Source of the DNA: Christensenellaceae bacterium
GTDB taxonomy: Bacteria > Bacillota > Clostridia > Christensenellales > Borkfalkiaceae
NCBI GenBank assembly: GCA_045637865.1
Contig: JAZUAF010000009.1
Location: 1,059 to 65,058, forward strand
Length of the DNA: 64,000 bases
Direction of reading: 5' to 3'
Position numbers and translations under genes: made by a program. The notes under the pieces were generated by a model. It saw only the letters and a program-made list of their open reading frames with translations. It was not told where the DNA came from and searched no databases. This document shows, in pieces, positions 62,560-64,000 of the stretch. How positions within the stretch are numbered: position 1 is the stretch's first letter; each line of letters begins with the position of its first letter.

Positions 62560-62692
62560 AATATTTTTCTCCTTACGCTCATATTGTAAAACAACTAGAA
62601 AAATAAGTCAACACATTTTAATAATTAACTTAAATATGACATACGGTTGTCGCAATATGCGGTTATTATATACGCGTAAGGAGGAAATAGAT

Positions 62693-62887
62693 ATGTTTGA
62701 AAAGATTATAATGGTGTTGTTTGATAAAAGGAGTTTAAGTAGTGTTACAACCATTTCTCGCAATAACAGAGTGATAACGGAGGAAGTATTAAAAGAAAAA
62801 CCACTAGCAAGTAGTGGTATCTATGCAAGCTTTGGTGAGCGAGAAAACTTTTATCAAAAAATGTTTAGCGTTTGTAATCAGCGATAA
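62693..62887 (+). CDS. Speculative 64-aa ORF divergent from the WYL regulator
   Basis: A strong RBS TAAGGAGGA ends 7 nt before ATG 62693. The longer track ORF from 62465 runs antisense through the regulator gene and is unlikely. The 3' end overlaps the murG 3' end by 23 nt. I recognise no family. Confidence 0.35.
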   Translation: MFEKIIMVLFDKRSLSSVTTISRNNRVITEEVLKEKPLASSGIYASFGERENFYQKMFSVCNQR

Positions 62888-63917
62888 TTCTAGAAATCTG
62901 GCGACTTTTATCTCTTACAGGGTGAAGCACCAGATTTTTTTTGATTGTGTTTCTAGCGTGGTATGTGGCATTGATGCTTAAAATAAGAGAATTCTTTGTT
63001 AAAGCTTCTTGTGGAAGAACGGAAACTAGACCTAACTTTTGAAAATAGGTGGCATTTTCAATTTGGTCGCCCCTTGAAGCGCCCTTGGGTAGAGGAATTA
63101 GTATGCTGGGTATACCCATACTTAAAAGCTCGAAGAGGGTGTTTGCGCCAGCACGAGTAACGCATAGCGAACAAAGTGAAAGCGCATAAGACATATTCGA
63201 TATAAACTCTGTTTGGAAATAGCCGTTATCTTTAATTTTCTCATTAAGATTGCCTTTTCCACAAATGTGGATAATGTCGTACGTTTTTAATAGGTCAGGA
63301 AGAGCTTCTCTAAGCACCCCGTTAATTTTTTTTGCGCCAAGGCTACCACCTGTAATAAGCAATATTGGTTTGTTTCCTGAAAAGCCGAATGAGGAGAGAA
63401 GTTCCTTTCGTGAAACCTTATATAAATTTGTTCTAATTGGACTTCCTAAATATTCTCCGTTTTTGCATTCCTTTGCAGTCTCTGGGAAGGAGGTTAGTAC
63501 CTTTTTAGAATATTTAGAGAGAAATTTATTCGCAAGCCCCATTGAATAATCACTTTCGTGCGAGATAACTGGTATGCCACGCCTTTTTGCCGCAATAACG
63601 GTGGGAATTGCAACGTAGCCTCCTTTTGAAAATACAACGTTTGGTTTGAGTTTATCTAATATTTTTCCAGCCTTAGTTATTCCCGCAAGCATAAGAAATG
63701 GGATAGAGAGATTTTTTAGGCTTAAATTTCTTCTAAATTTTACGCAGGGGACGGAGAAGAAGGGAATATTTTCCTTTTCAATAATATCTTTTTCTAAGCC
63801 CTTTTCACTTCCAATATAATATATGTTTTTAAAATCATTTTTTAAGTAGGGTAGAAGGGCAAGGTGGGGAATACAATGTCCTGCCGTGCCTCCTCCCGTC
63901 AATACGATTGTCGCCAT
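62865..63917 (-). CDS. murG: UDP-N-acetylglucosamine--N-acetylmuramyl-(pentapeptide) pyrophosphoryl-undecaprenol GlcNAc transferase
   Basis: It has the N-terminal GGGTAGH motif, a GT28 two-domain layout, and C-terminal TRAGANTLFELL and GDQ..NA blocks. Confidence 0.9.
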   Translation of the reverse strand: MATIVLTGGGTAGHCIPHLALLPYLKNDFKNIYYIGSEKGLEKDIIEKENIPFFSVPCVKFRRNLSLKNLSIPFLMLAGITKAGKILDKLKPNVVFSKGGYVAIPTVIAAKRRGIPVISHESDYSMGLANKFLSKYSKKVLTSFPETAKECKNGEYLGSPIRTNLYKVSRKELLSSFGFSGNKPILLITGGSLGAKKINGVLREALPDLLKTYDIIHICGKGNLNEKIKDNGYFQTEFISNMSYALSLCSLCVTRAGANTLFELLSMGIPSILIPLPKGASRGDQIENATYFQKLGLVSVLPQEALTKNSLILSINATYHARNTIKKNLVLHPVRDKSRQISRIIADYKR

Positions 63918-64000
63918 ACATTATATATATGCGTAAAAAATAAAAAGGTATTCTAATGGGCAGAATGCATATTGCTAGAAAAAAGAAAAGTAAAAAACGG

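Noticed and set aside
62465-62692. The upstream part of the 140-aa ORF 62465-62887 given in the ORF track.
   Set aside because: This portion runs antisense through the 5' end of the WYL regulator gene and its promoter region. A strong RBS precedes the internal ATG at 62693, so only the short form is plausible, if any is.

Overview
This is a 64-kb chromosomal segment from an AT-rich, low-GC Gram-positive bacterium. Gene order looks Bacillota/Clostridia-like: rplU-rpmA, pcrA-ligA, yicC-gmk-rpoZ-priA-def-fmt-rsmB-rlmN-rsgA-rpe, rpmE-prmC-prfA, mrnC-rlmB-sigH and dnaX-ybaB-recR. sigH and a CwlD-like amidase suggest a spore-former. I call 66 CDS features, 58 on the + strand, two of them speculative small ORFs. 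I also call one frameshifted and truncated acyltransferase pseudogene, one T-box leader (proS), one unclassified terminator-containing leader, several sigma-A-type promoters and intrinsic terminators, and two kinds of repeats. I see no rRNA, tRNA, CRISPR array, transposase, integrase or phage genes. Most of the window is housekeeping. The accessory or poorly understood content sits in five places. (1) 3.0-12.4 kb: an AraC regulator with an M24/ASRT-like pair, and a SIS-M20-M20-YjbQ-AEC operon. (2) 15.1-19.7 kb: an orphan SIS gene and a BspA-type LRR lipoprotein with a structured leader and a downstream nest of inverted repeats. (3) 42.9-44.9 kb: a DUF5685-like protein, an HPD-less J-like protein with a cysteine-string tail, and a membrane protein. 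(4) 46.3-52.0 kb: a decayed acyltransferase followed by a translationally coupled 8-gene hydrolase-rich operon containing four unknown proteins. (5) 57.3-59.5 kb: an MBL hydrolase plus a metallophosphoesterase::TIM-barrel fusion. All functional calls come from my own reading of the translations (motifs, domain order, synteny). No database search or folding program was run.
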